Positions 10,209 to 19,556 of a DNA stretch of 64,000 bases are shown here, one piece after another (the first letter of the stretch is position 1; each line of letters opens with the position of its first letter). The notes below the pieces were generated by a model that worked only from the letters and a program-made list of their open reading frames with translations, did no database searches and was not told the DNA's origin. Source of the stretch: a virus. The DNA is taken from IMG/VR virus record IMGVR_UViG_3300021197_001769; one strand, 5' to 3'. The position numbers and the translations under genes are program-made.

Positions 10209-10239
10209 CTCGGTTCACTATCCCCAGAGTCATATTATA

Positions 10240-10261
10240 GAGGAGAGATTTCTCTCTCCTC
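10240..10261 (-). other. Perfect 9-bp hairpin with GAAA tetraloop in the leader of the fibre gene
   Basis: Minus strand GAGGAGAGA-GAAA-TCTCTCCTC; no U-tract after it. Confidence 0.7.
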
Positions 10262-10272
10262 GTATATTATTA

Positions 10273-10280
10273 TATTTATA
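10273..10280 (-). promoter_or_regulatory. T4-type late promoter TATAAATA
   Basis: Exact consensus overlapping the stop codon of the 530-aa gene. Confidence 0.75.
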
Positions 10281-11868
10281 ACGTTATTTGCTCTATGATT
10301 TTATAAGTAGTAGATTGAGCAGACGCAGAAGTGATTCTTAGTCTTACATTTCCACCATTTATATCAGCACTTATAGCAGTAACCGGAATTGATCCAGTGT
10401 ATACTATACCGTACTCAACAAAAGCGACGTTAGTACCATCATGAGTAAGAAGTACTTCTGATACTTGATTCTCACCTGATACTGTGTTAGCAGCAGTTAC
10501 TAGTACTTTCATTCCTTTAAAGGAGTTTGAAGCACGTGTAGTAACTGTTGTTGCATCAGTACTAGTAGTAGTTATTGTAGCTGGAGCCACAACCGCTATA
10601 CCACCAGTATTAGCTGCATTAACACCTAACGTAATATCATTATTAAATTTAGATTTCAGAGAATCTTCTGAATCTTGATCGCCTCTTAACGCATCAACTA
10701 CTCTCTGTAATGCAGATATCTTTACAGTATCTGAGTCGAGTCTAGCTAAGGCATCATTTACTCTTGTATTAACAAGTTGTACTTGCGTCTGGTCAGAGTC
10801 TAATCTGGCCTTTTGTAAGTTACTTGATAACACCAAAGAAGAGATAACAGCTTGATCAGAATCTAATCTTGAGATAAATTCTTTTCTAAGAGCTGCGATT
10901 CTAGGATCTTCAGAGTCTAATCTTGCAATAATATCACTTTGCTTACCTTGCAATAATTGTAACTTAGTCGAATCAGAATCACGATCTGTTCTTAATGTAG
11001 TAATAGCGTTACCAACAGAGTCAATTGTATCTGATCCTGTTAATACCATCAATTCACCTTCTGAGTCAACAGCAAAGACACCGTTCTCAGTAAAGTGTAA
11101 TCTACTATTAATAAAGTCAGAGTCAATCATATTTGAGATTGAGTCAGAATCTATTATCTTCGCTCTTGTATTCAAATCATCTAAAGCAATTTGAATAGCT
11201 TGTATTTTAGTACTATCAGAGTCTAAGTCTGCTCTTAATGCTGCTGTGTCAGCTGACGTACCAGCACCTAAAGCTTGAATCCTTGCGCTATCTGAATCAA
11301 GTCTTTGTCTTGTTTGCGAAGCAAACGTTTGAAAGGCTGAATGATCAGAATCTAATCTAGGATAAACTTGTGATCTAATAGTCTGTTGAACAATAGAATC
11401 AGAATCTAATCTGCCGATAAGAGCAGCAACTTTTTGGTCTAATTGAAATGTTAACAGGTCTGAGTCAGCAAGGTTTAATAAACCAGCTGCTATTTTAGCT
11501 TGAAATAAGTCATGATCAGAATCCATTCTTGTATGGATAACATCTACTTGACCTCGAATAGTCTGAACTCTAGTTGAGTCAGAGTCTACTCTCGCAGCTA
11601 ATTGGTCTTGCTTAGTCTTTAAAGCTTGTATAACGGTACTATCAGATTCATTATCTGCTATAATCTGGTTAACGTTACTTGCTGTAAGATATCCTGCGTT
11701 ATTAGTTAAAAGCGAATTATTATCACCAGCTTTGATAACAGCGTTATCGCCAATGGTAATTGTACTTCCGGTTTTTAACTTTAAACTAGTATCTCCTACA
11801 AGACTAAAATGCAGGTCGGAATCACCGACCAATAATCCTTGACGGATTCTAAAGTCTCTATTTGCCAT
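10276..11868 (-). CDS. Fibre-like structural protein with RLDSD coiled-coil repeats
   Basis: 530 aa; N-term paralogous to the 512-aa fibre, about 17 DS[DE] motifs, C-terminal beta domain (EVLLTHDG...VEYG). Confidence 0.7.
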   Translation of the reverse strand: MANRDFRIRQGLLVGDSDLHFSLVGDTSLKLKTGSTITIGDNAVIKAGDNNSLLTNNAGYLTASNVNQIIADNESDSTVIQALKTKQDQLAARVDSDSTRVQTIRGQVDVIHTRMDSDHDLFQAKIAAGLLNLADSDLLTFQLDQKVAALIGRLDSDSIVQQTIRSQVYPRLDSDHSAFQTFASQTRQRLDSDSARIQALGAGTSADTAALRADLDSDSTKIQAIQIALDDLNTRAKIIDSDSISNMIDSDFINSRLHFTENGVFAVDSEGELMVLTGSDTIDSVGNAITTLRTDRDSDSTKLQLLQGKQSDIIARLDSEDPRIAALRKEFISRLDSDQAVISSLVLSSNLQKARLDSDQTQVQLVNTRVNDALARLDSDTVKISALQRVVDALRGDQDSEDSLKSKFNNDITLGVNAANTGGIAVVAPATITTTSTDATTVTTRASNSFKGMKVLVTAANTVSGENQVSEVLLTHDGTNVAFVEYGIVYTGSIPVTAISADINGGNVRLRITSASAQSTTYKIIEQITL

Positions 11869-11903
11869 TTTCCTCTCCCTCTTGAAGTTCTAGGCGGACA
11901 AAA

Positions 11904-12326
11904 TTAATTACGTATTAGTGTAAGATTAATCTTGAACTCGGTTTGGTTAGCACTAGTGGTTTGTGATCTAAGTTCACATAAACTTCCATTTATTACAGAA
12001 CTAAAATCTACAAAGCGACTACTACTTGAAAATAATGTAGCATACTCTGTAATATCAACTGAATCACTATCGCAAAATAACAAGACTTCAGTCACCATCT
12101 TGTCATCAGTGATTTTATCCGTGGCTTGTATCACGAACTTAGCGGAACCATAGCTTAACTTACTAAACTCTGCTATCTTTCTAACGGATGAAGTAGCCGT
12201 TGCCGTAGCTCCGGAAGCGTAAGTAAAGACAGCGATGTCACTGTCTTGGAAATCTATTTTATCTACAAGCATGTTTTCAATAGTTAAAACACGGTTATTT
12301 AGATTGTACTTTAGCTGGCGCGCCAT
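11904..12326 (-). CDS. Putative structural protein, paralog of the C-terminal domain of the 530-aa protein
   Basis: AKFVIQATD..TEVLLFCD..ITEYA aligns by eye with MKVLVTAAN..SEVLLTHD..FVEYG. Confidence 0.6.
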   Translation of the reverse strand: MARQLKYNLNNRVLTIENMLVDKIDFQDSDIAVFTYASGATATATSSVRKIAEFSKLSYGSAKFVIQATDKITDDKMVTEVLLFCDSDSVDITEYATLFSSSSRFVDFSSVINGSLCELRSQTTSANQTEFKINLTLIRN

Positions 12327-12355
12327 TTTATAATTCTACCTCTGATCAGATGATT

Positions 12356-12363
12356 TATTTATT
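12356..12363 (-). promoter_or_regulatory. Late-promoter variant AATAAATA
   Basis: 7/8 match in the intergenic gap after the terminase. Confidence 0.55.
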
Positions 12364-12374
12364 AAATCTAACAA

Positions 12375-14210
12375 TTAAAAATTTCCTCTGTAGACATCGT
12401 TATACCATTCAGGTACAACAGCTTCATCTACAGAAGTCCAAACGTCTCCTTGACTATCAATTGTTGTCTCTAACATATTATCATAAGGTAAAAATCCGAT
12501 TGGCATAACTTCATCTTCAATTTCGTCTAATTTTTGTTTGTACATATGCTGCTTAGCATTAGTATCGGTTAATTCTTTCCAGTATTCTGTACCTGCAGCC
12601 CATGCAAATAAAACTAAACACATAACTAGATCGTCATTACAGCCTGGTTCAGCTTCAAATGAGCCTGCTGTTGATTCACTTTTTCTAACAAACGTTGTTA
12701 ATTCAACGTATACATCATAATCTTCTACTATTAATTTGTCTGCTTCAATTAAAGACTTTAAATTAGAACAACCATTTGTCTTAACTGAATGCGATGTTGT
12801 AACTCCTAACTTAGCTCCTGGACCTGATCCTAACTGAAAACCAGCTCTGCCTTTAGAAACAGTAGATAATATATTTTCGTATTCAAATTCTTGTTGTACA
12901 CCTACAGCTACTTGTTGACCCACATCGTTAACTTCAATAAGTACCCATGCTTGATTATAATATCTCCCTAAGTTAACTATAAAGTTTGGAAAAATCATAG
13001 GTGATACTTCATTTGATCTAAACTTAGCAACTACTTTATAAGGTACAGCTGTTATATCTACTATTACAAATGCACTATAATCTAATCTAATTCCTCTAGC
13101 AGAATCAACACACATAATATAATTATGACCTGGTTTAGGATCTTCATAATAGTCTATAGACTCTTGATTACGTATAGGTGCTATGTAAGCCATTTGACCT
13201 AATTTACCAGGCGCTATGAGAGTATTGCTTGAACCTATAAACTGACATTCAAACTCTTGTCTAAATTGATCTTCAGATGTATTAGATATTTGTTCGTATT
13301 TCCAGTCTTCATCTCTACCTGGAACGTCCCACCAGTTTATTTCTATAGGAACAAATTTAGATCTATTCTCAGTAGACTCCATCCACATCTTATAAAAATG
13401 ATTCATACCTTTAGGAGTAGATACTACTATCATTTTAGTATCAGTACCTGATGAAATAGTAGGGTAAACAGATCTAAAAAAATCTTCAGCATCGTTAGGA
13501 GGCACGAACGCAAATTCATCTAAGAATAATAACGAGAATGACATACCTCGAGCAGCTGATCCAGAAGACGCTGTAGCAATGACTTTACTACCATTTTCTA
13601 ATTCTATAGATCTTTTATTATAAGTTACACAACCTTGTTGTAACCAGAAAGGTAATGACTCATATGCTGTAGCTAGTCTACCTAACATCTCTTGAGCTAA
13701 TTCACCTTTGTTAGCTAATATTCCAACTGTCTTACCTTGATTGAATAACAAGTACCATAAAATATAAGCAACAGATGTAGTTGATTTACCAGACTGTCTA
13801 GGTAATTTACATATGTTAAATCTATTCTCGTTAAATGTTTCTACCATTTTTCTTTGAAAGTCGTATAATGTAAATGGTATTAATCCAAAATCAACAGACA
13901 TAATTCTAATATAAGTCTCTGTAAAGTAAACAGGATCTTTAGCACATTTTTGAAACTCTAATAGTTGTTCTTTTGTATAATCTAAGTTAACATGAGCAGC
14001 TTTAATATTAGGATTGCCCATATAGTGACTAACACCAGTAGGGTTCTTTTCAAATAACTTTGCGTTTGTATTTTGGGTAGGAGCTTTTTTATTGTATCTT
14101 TGTTCTGAAAGATAAGTAATTAATGCTGTTTTATTTTTAACATACACATCACCGAATTTTTTATATCTTTTATGTTCAGATGGATTATATAAATCTTTTT
14201 TAACTATCAC
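12375..14210 (-). CDS. gp17: Terminase large subunit
   Basis: YMGNPNIK, Walker A PRQSGKST, Walker B LFLDEFAF, STPKGMNHFY, FRQEFEC, nuclease DDLVM. Confidence 0.99.
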   Translation of the reverse strand: MIVKKDLYNPSEHKRYKKFGDVYVKNKTALITYLSEQRYNKKAPTQNTNAKLFEKNPTGVSHYMGNPNIKAAHVNLDYTKEQLLEFQKCAKDPVYFTETYIRIMSVDFGLIPFTLYDFQRKMVETFNENRFNICKLPRQSGKSTTSVAYILWYLLFNQGKTVGILANKGELAQEMLGRLATAYESLPFWLQQGCVTYNKRSIELENGSKVIATASSGSAARGMSFSLLFLDEFAFVPPNDAEDFFRSVYPTISSGTDTKMIVVSTPKGMNHFYKMWMESTENRSKFVPIEINWWDVPGRDEDWKYEQISNTSEDQFRQEFECQFIGSSNTLIAPGKLGQMAYIAPIRNQESIDYYEDPKPGHNYIMCVDSARGIRLDYSAFVIVDITAVPYKVVAKFRSNEVSPMIFPNFIVNLGRYYNQAWVLIEVNDVGQQVAVGVQQEFEYENILSTVSKGRAGFQLGSGPGAKLGVTTSHSVKTNGCSNLKSLIEADKLIVEDYDVYVELTTFVRKSESTAGSFEAEPGCNDDLVMCLVLFAWAAGTEYWKELTDTNAKQHMYKQKLDEIEDEVMPIGFLPYDNMLETTIDSQGDVWTSVDEAVVPEWYNDVYRGNF

Positions 14211-14571
14211 GTTGTAAAAGCTCCAATAAATCTTTTGTATTCATTTTTACATTTAAATTATTATTCGTGACCTGGTTTTTCTCTCCAGTAGGGTTGTTTA
14301 ATTTTTCTGTCTTTAAATGATGGTCCATCATTTTTGCTGCTGTGTCACCCAATGCTTTAGCTGCTTCAGTTGCTACTTCAATAGCTCTTGGATGTTCAGA
14401 TTCTCTAGCTAGATTAACAGCTGCATCTAAAATATCTTGAATTTTTTCTGAGGATTGGTATAGAATTTCTCTAGCATATTCATAATCATCTGATCTATTT
14501 CTAGCAAGTTTAGCTAATTTTTTATTCTCTTCGCTAAGATCAGTTTGCACTGATTGTAATTCATCTTTCAT
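14200..14571 (-). CDS. gp16: Terminase small subunit
   Basis: DDYEYARE, ESEHPRAIEV, VTNNN..NTKDLLELL; overlaps the gp17 start. Confidence 0.93.
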   Translation of the reverse strand: MKDELQSVQTDLSEENKKLAKLARNRSDDYEYAREILYQSSEKIQDILDAAVNLARESEHPRAIEVATEAAKALGDTAAKMMDHHLKTEKLNNPTGEKNQVTNNNLNVKMNTKDLLELLQRDS

Positions 14572-14604
14572 AAGTAAACTCCTATCCTTATTATTTAATA
14601 CGAC

Positions 14605-14612
14605 TATAAATA
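14605..14612 (+). promoter_or_regulatory. T4-type late promoter TATAAATA heading the desaturase/oxygenase operon
   Basis: Exact consensus 4 nt before the ATG at 14617. Confidence 0.8.
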
Positions 14613-14616
14613 GTAC

Positions 14617-15339
14617 ATGAGCAATACTACTAAGTTACTAATAAATCATATGTTTTGTCACTTAATGATTATACCAGGAGCCATTTATGGTCAATGGTGG
14701 ATGTTTCTTGCTGCGTTAGCATGGTGGTACGTTGTCGCTATCGTATCTATATCTGGCGGTTATCATAGATTTTATTCTCATAGTTCATTTGAAGGTAATA
14801 AGTTCTTTGAAGTATGTGTAAATATATTAGGTATCTTTTCAGGAGCAGGTCCTGCATTAACATGGGCTGCTACTCATAGACAGCATCATGCTTATTCAGA
14901 TACAGATTTAGATCCTCATAGTCATATTAAAAAAGGCAAGTGGTCTGTTTATGTAAATACTTGGGGGTATGATTTTCAAATTAAAAGAAGATTTATAAAA
15001 AAGTATCTTAGAAATCCTATACTAGTACATTTTTATAAAAACTATTTTATGTACAATCTTTTTATTATGGTAGCATTCTTTTTAGTAGATCCTTTATTGT
15101 TAGTTTTCGGATATTGTATGCCAGTTGTTTTTGCATTTCATGGTTATGGGTTGCTTAATGTATTAGGGCATTCGAATGGTAAACCTACTAACAGTTGGTT
15201 TGCTAATCTTCTTACTGCTGGTGAAGGCTGGCATGAAGAGCATCATAAGAAAGCTGCACATTATAGGATTGGACGAGAAAAAGGTCAATGGGACCCTACT
15301 GCGTGGTTTATAGAATATGTTATGGGCAAAAAAGTATAA
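14617..15339 (+). CDS. Membrane fatty-acid desaturase (delta-9/acyl-CoA type)
   Basis: Three His boxes HRFYSH, HRQHH, GEGWHEEHH; DPHS; hydrophobic helices. Confidence 0.92.
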   Translation: MSNTTKLLINHMFCHLMIIPGAIYGQWWMFLAALAWWYVVAIVSISGGYHRFYSHSSFEGNKFFEVCVNILGIFSGAGPALTWAATHRQHHAYSDTDLDPHSHIKKGKWSVYVNTWGYDFQIKRRFIKKYLRNPILVHFYKNYFMYNLFIMVAFFLVDPLLLVFGYCMPVVFAFHGYGLLNVLGHSNGKPTNSWFANLLTAGEGWHEEHHKKAAHYRIGREKGQWDPTAWFIEYVMGKKV

Positions 15340-15925
15340 GTTACTTTCATTAAAAAATTACGAAGATCAATTTCTATATTACATTAATAGGTTTAGTAAA
15401 GAGCTAACTAGACATGATGATATAAAATGGTTTGATACTAGTACTAATTGGTGTCTTCAAAAGACATATAAAAATTATCTAGATTGGTCTTTTGTAGTTA
15501 CAGATGATGATGAAGAAGAGTTGATAGCATTTGCTGCAGTACAAGACTTTGGTAATGATGTTGCTAGAATATTGACTAGATTATATTACAATCCAAAATA
15601 CAGAAGAAAAAATATTAGATATGAATCTAATGAATTAACTCCTGGTAATGTAATTGCTAAACATCAAGTAGATAATTTCAATAATAAAAACCATTTATTT
15701 TTTTCTGTAGAATATATTTACAGAAGACCTACTATAATAAAATTAGGAAAGAAGTTAAATAAATTTTATGGTCATGAATGGAACACACAACCAGGTTTAT
15801 ACAAAACTTATAATAAAGATGAAAAAGGAGCTTGGCAATCTGTGATAGCTTACAGTTTTGTAAAAGAAAAATTTCCTTTAGATCATATGACTTTATTAGA
15901 TTGGAAAGACAAATATGGCGGATAA
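15317..15925 (+). CDS. Hypothetical protein, possible GNAT-fold acyltransferase
   Basis: LIAFAAV...ARILTRLYYNPKYRRK resembles GNAT beta3-beta4/motif A. Confidence 0.5.
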   Translation: MLWAKKYKLLSLKNYEDQFLYYINRFSKELTRHDDIKWFDTSTNWCLQKTYKNYLDWSFVVTDDDEEELIAFAAVQDFGNDVARILTRLYYNPKYRRKNIRYESNELTPGNVIAKHQVDNFNNKNHLFFSVEYIYRRPTIIKLGKKLNKFYGHEWNTQPGLYKTYNKDEKGAWQSVIAYSFVKEKFPLDHMTLLDWKDKYGG

Positions 15926-16589
15926 AGAATACAAGCAATATGGTTTTAGTAATGCTAGAATAAGAGCAAAAGGTGATAGAGGACCTACTAGACACAAACT
16001 TACTTCGTTTAAACATATTACCAAAGCACCTGAAAATGTAATGGACGAGATTAAACGTATTATAACTGAGATTAAAGAAGATGATTTAGGTACAGATAAG
16101 TATCAGATATCTAATAGCTATGATCTTAAAAATAGTTTTAATGCTACTGGTGGTTATAGACAAATACTATTACAGAGAAATACTATACAAGGTTCTGATA
16201 TAAACGAAGAAACTAATTACAATGACTGGCGTAATGATACTGATGTAAGTGTAATTAAAAACTGGTTAGAAGAAACATTTGGTGAAGTTTTTAGAGCTAG
16301 AATATCTGTAATGCCTCCAGGGCATGAATTGTTCTGGCATATTGATACTGATACTTCTGTATTATGTAGGATGCAACTAGCAGTTGATACAGTAGGTTCA
16401 GAGTTTCAGTTTAGAAATAGAATAGAAGGTTATAGGGCTCTTACTATGGAAGACGGACATGCTTATTTTGTAAATACAGGATGGTCTCATAGAGTTGTTA
16501 ATAATGATAAGTGGAGAGTAGTTCTTATATTTGGTATTGAGTATAAGAATATACCTGATAAGGAGGCGTTATGGATAGGAAACCATTAA
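15915..16589 (+). CDS. Aspartyl/asparaginyl beta-hydroxylase-like 2OG-Fe(II) cupin
   Basis: RARISVMPPGHELFWHID...YFVNTGWSHRVVN..WRVVLIF (HxD...H...R). Confidence 0.8.
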   Translation: MADKEYKQYGFSNARIRAKGDRGPTRHKLTSFKHITKAPENVMDEIKRIITEIKEDDLGTDKYQISNSYDLKNSFNATGGYRQILLQRNTIQGSDINEETNYNDWRNDTDVSVIKNWLEETFGEVFRARISVMPPGHELFWHIDTDTSVLCRMQLAVDTVGSEFQFRNRIEGYRALTMEDGHAYFVNTGWSHRVVNNDKWRVVLIFGIEYKNIPDKEALWIGNH

Positions 16590-17434
16590 AGAACATTGGG
16601 TACGAATATGATATAGATTTTAATTCTATGTCTGATGAAGATATAAAATATTTTGGAAGACAAATAGTAAAAGATAATGTCATACTAGTACGTAATCAAA
16701 CTATTAATGAAGAAAGACTTTTATATATTTTAGAACAAATAGGTAATGTACTTAAACCTAATCAGTTTTTTATGCATCCAGATTATCCAGGATTGTTTAG
16801 AGTTACTAACGAAAGAAAAGAAGGCGAAAAGATTGGTATATTCGCTGACAAAGAACTAGATTGGCATAGTAATGGTAATGGAAGAAAGAGTGGCACTGAA
16901 GCATGTGTTATGCTATACTGTCTAAAACCAGGTGAAAATTCTGTAACATCTTTCTGTGATACTAGACAAGCATATAATGATCTATCAAAAGAAGATAGAC
17001 ATTATTACGATAATATAGATTGTAATTTCAAGTTTGAGAATAATACCTTTTATAAATTAGAAGAAGATGATAAAGAACTAGCTATGTTTCAAGGAGGTGC
17101 TAGAGCGTTTAAGTATGGTGTAACTAAACCATTAGTATATACTCACCCTTATACAAAAGAAAAAGGTTTGTATTTTACTTTTCATTATATTAGAGATATG
17201 TGGAAAAGAATAGAAGATGGTGATGAAGATCATGAACTTGTAAATATGGAAGAGCATATGGTCAAGTTAAAGAAACATGTATTTCAAGATAAATATATGT
17301 ACCATCACGACGATTGGAGACCAGGTGATCTAATATTCATGGATCAGTTTCATAGTATACATAAGCGAAATGCTGTCGAAGGTGATAGGTTTTTATATAG
17401 AGCTAGTTTTGGGTACGAGAATTGTCAACTGTAG
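16571..17434 (+). CDS. TauD/TfdA-family dioxygenase
   Basis: WHSN, TSFCDT..AY, PLVYTHPYT, WRPGDLIFMD..SIHKR, RFLYR. Confidence 0.88.
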   Translation: MDRKPLKNIGYEYDIDFNSMSDEDIKYFGRQIVKDNVILVRNQTINEERLLYILEQIGNVLKPNQFFMHPDYPGLFRVTNERKEGEKIGIFADKELDWHSNGNGRKSGTEACVMLYCLKPGENSVTSFCDTRQAYNDLSKEDRHYYDNIDCNFKFENNTFYKLEEDDKELAMFQGGARAFKYGVTKPLVYTHPYTKEKGLYFTFHYIRDMWKRIEDGDEDHELVNMEEHMVKLKKHVFQDKYMYHHDDWRPGDLIFMDQFHSIHKRNAVEGDRFLYRASFGYENCQL

Positions 17435-18069
17435 AACCATTACAAAAAATACAATTAGGTAAAGTAACTCTCTGGGAAAGAAAAGACCCTGATATTAATA
17501 ATGATATGAAAAGAGAAGACTTAGTTACTGAATGTAAATTCGATTGGTTAGATATTGAAGCTCTTAAATTAGAATTCGATCAAACTGAGATGAAACCTTT
17601 TGAGCATCCTCTCAAAGAGAAATGTAAAGCTGAAAATAGCTGGTTTGAATATACACCTAATTGGCATACATATAAATTTACAAATGATATGTCTCAGTAT
17701 ACAGATACAAATCCTGAAACTGTTAAGTGTACTATGATACTTAGATATATTTTAGATAACAAAAGAGTAGTACCAAAATATTTTAAACAAATAGCAGGCA
17801 GTGACTTACCTTGGCATTCTGATCCTTTAGGTTCATGTGCGATAAATGTAGCTTTAGAAGACGATACAGCTAACTTAGAATACTTAGGAAACATGGCTGG
17901 TGATCCTGATGTTCACTTTAACTATAGAATAGGATTACTTAATACAGTTCCAAGACATAGAGTGCAGCCCTTTCATCAAGATAGAAGAACTGCTAAGTTC
18001 CAAGTATTTGATATGGACTATAATATAGTTAGAGAAAAGTTAATAGAGAACAATGCAGTTTTATCTTAA
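17422..18069 (+). CDS. 2OG-Fe(II) oxygenase-like cupin
   Basis: LPWHSD..CAIN...LLNTVPRHRV...R. Confidence 0.65.
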   Translation: MSTVEPLQKIQLGKVTLWERKDPDINNDMKREDLVTECKFDWLDIEALKLEFDQTEMKPFEHPLKEKCKAENSWFEYTPNWHTYKFTNDMSQYTDTNPETVKCTMILRYILDNKRVVPKYFKQIAGSDLPWHSDPLGSCAINVALEDDTANLEYLGNMAGDPDVHFNYRIGLLNTVPRHRVQPFHQDRRTAKFQVFDMDYNIVREKLIENNAVLS

Positions 18070-19093
18070 AGACATACCCGAAGACGAAATAATACATTAT
18101 TATATTAAAAAGCATTCAGGCTTTTATGATGCTATTCGTAAGTTTGATAAGTATGATTATTCTAAACCTTGTATAAAAGAACTTGATAATAAAGTTATAG
18201 ATAATTTATGGACTGCTTGTAAAGAAGCATATGCTGAATATGGTTGGTATGGTTTTTTTAAAGGTAATATTATAGAAGGTAATCAAGAAAGAGCTAAGAA
18301 CTATGGTGGGTTATCTTTAACTTATAATCCTAACCATTGGCAAGCTGATAACTTACCTGTTAATGCTCAAACTTTAGGTGAGGTAAGGTACAACTTAGGT
18401 ACTCTTTTCGAAGATGAAAGAGGTAAAAAGATATGGGATGATCTAGTCCATGCAAATAAAAGAACTACATTTTATGAGATAATAGGCAAGTATACTTTAG
18501 ATGCAGGTTTATTATATCTAAAAGAAGAAGGTTTTGTCAATCAATTAGAATATAAAGAACTTTGTAAAAGACATTTTGATCATAAGAACAACCCTATAGC
18601 AGCTAAGCAACAAGGTCGCAACACTTACAGTGATACATTCGCTTACTGTAAAAGAACTCCCGCGTCTATGCACGGCTATCTAGGTACATTTATAGACTCT
18701 ACACCATTTTCTATAGTTCGTAGTAGAATGGTTACATTAAAATATCCAGGTTATGTTCATTGGCATGATGATGAAAACATCTTTATTAACACTAGAATTA
18801 ATATTCCTATCAATGCAGATATAAAATGCAAGTTACATATTAATACAGAAGAAAATACTTTCCATAATGATCCAGGTTATATGTATTGTTGGAATACAGA
18901 GAATCCTCATAAGGTAAGTATAAGCGAAGGTACAGGACAAAGAACTGCTATAGTATTAGGATTAGCTCCTTGGTTTGAATTCAACGAAGAAGAGCAATGT
19001 TGGTTTACTAACGAGTACTTTGGTAAGGTACATCCATTTGAATTATTTGAAGAAGGCGTTTTCTTAGATGAAAAATCTTATACCATTAGTTAA
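18053..19093 (+). CDS. Asp-beta-hydroxylase-like cupin with long N-terminal extension
   Basis: RSRMVTL..VHWHDD..RINIPI...WNTENPHKV...RTAIVLG. Confidence 0.72.
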   Translation: MQFYLKDIPEDEIIHYYIKKHSGFYDAIRKFDKYDYSKPCIKELDNKVIDNLWTACKEAYAEYGWYGFFKGNIIEGNQERAKNYGGLSLTYNPNHWQADNLPVNAQTLGEVRYNLGTLFEDERGKKIWDDLVHANKRTTFYEIIGKYTLDAGLLYLKEEGFVNQLEYKELCKRHFDHKNNPIAAKQQGRNTYSDTFAYCKRTPASMHGYLGTFIDSTPFSIVRSRMVTLKYPGYVHWHDDENIFINTRINIPINADIKCKLHINTEENTFHNDPGYMYCWNTENPHKVSISEGTGQRTAIVLGLAPWFEFNEEEQCWFTNEYFGKVHPFELFEEGVFLDEKSYTIS

Positions 19094-19556
19094 ATTTTTA
19101 AGTGATAAAGATATAGATACATTATTAAATTATTCTAAAACTGCTAAGTGGAAAGAACATTATAGTACAAAGACAGGTGTTAAAACACCTTTAGAGTTCA
19201 CTCCAGTCACACAAGAAGTTTTAGATATATTAGAAGATAGTCCTATAGATAATTTAAAGAAAAATAAAAATATAAAGATGATGTTAAGTAGATTACAACC
19301 TGATAGTATACAGGATTGGCATACAGATGGCAAGCAAAATAAAAGATCTAGTGTTGTTATTCATCCGTTAACTAAAAATTATGCTCCTTTATATACTAGA
19401 AATAATATGAGTGATGGTCCTGTAATTTTAAATACTTTAGAAGAACATAAAATAGTTAATAACGATAATTTAAGAATTAACTTTCAGATATGTTACGACG
19501 AAGATATTGAAGAGGTAAAAAGTAAATGGATAGGTTATCAAAAATCTATGATGTAG
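19068..19556 (+). CDS. 2OG-Fe(II) oxygenase-like cupin
   Basis: QDWHTD...ILNTLEEHKIVNNDNLRINFQ. Confidence 0.7.
   Translation: MKNLIPLVKFLSDKDIDTLLNYSKTAKWKEHYSTKTGVKTPLEFTPVTQEVLDILEDSPIDNLKKNKNIKMMLSRLQPDSIQDWHTDGKQNKRSSVVIHPLTKNYAPLYTRNNMSDGPVILNTLEEHKIVNNDNLRINFQICYDEDIEEVKSKWIGYQKSMM

Noticed and set aside
2317-11868. Abundant GANTC (GATTC/GACTC) sites read as a CcrM-type methylation or DNA-level signal
   Set aside because: They are a by-product of Asp-Ser(TCN) codons. Many DSDs use GAT-AGT-GAT, which lacks GANTC, and the motif keeps reading frame and a third acidic residue.
2046-13451. Short opposite-strand or alternate-frame ORFs (e.g. 2046..2273, 3651..3836, 3899..4198, 7072..7266, 8476..8673, 8693..8884, 10072..10281, 10484..10678, 11932..12153, 12538..12720, 13257..13451)
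   Set aside because: Shadows of well-supported genes, with no recognisable motifs
12375-14210. Intein or intron in the terminase large subunit
   Set aside because: ATPase and nuclease motifs are contiguous at normal length; only a modest N-terminal extension
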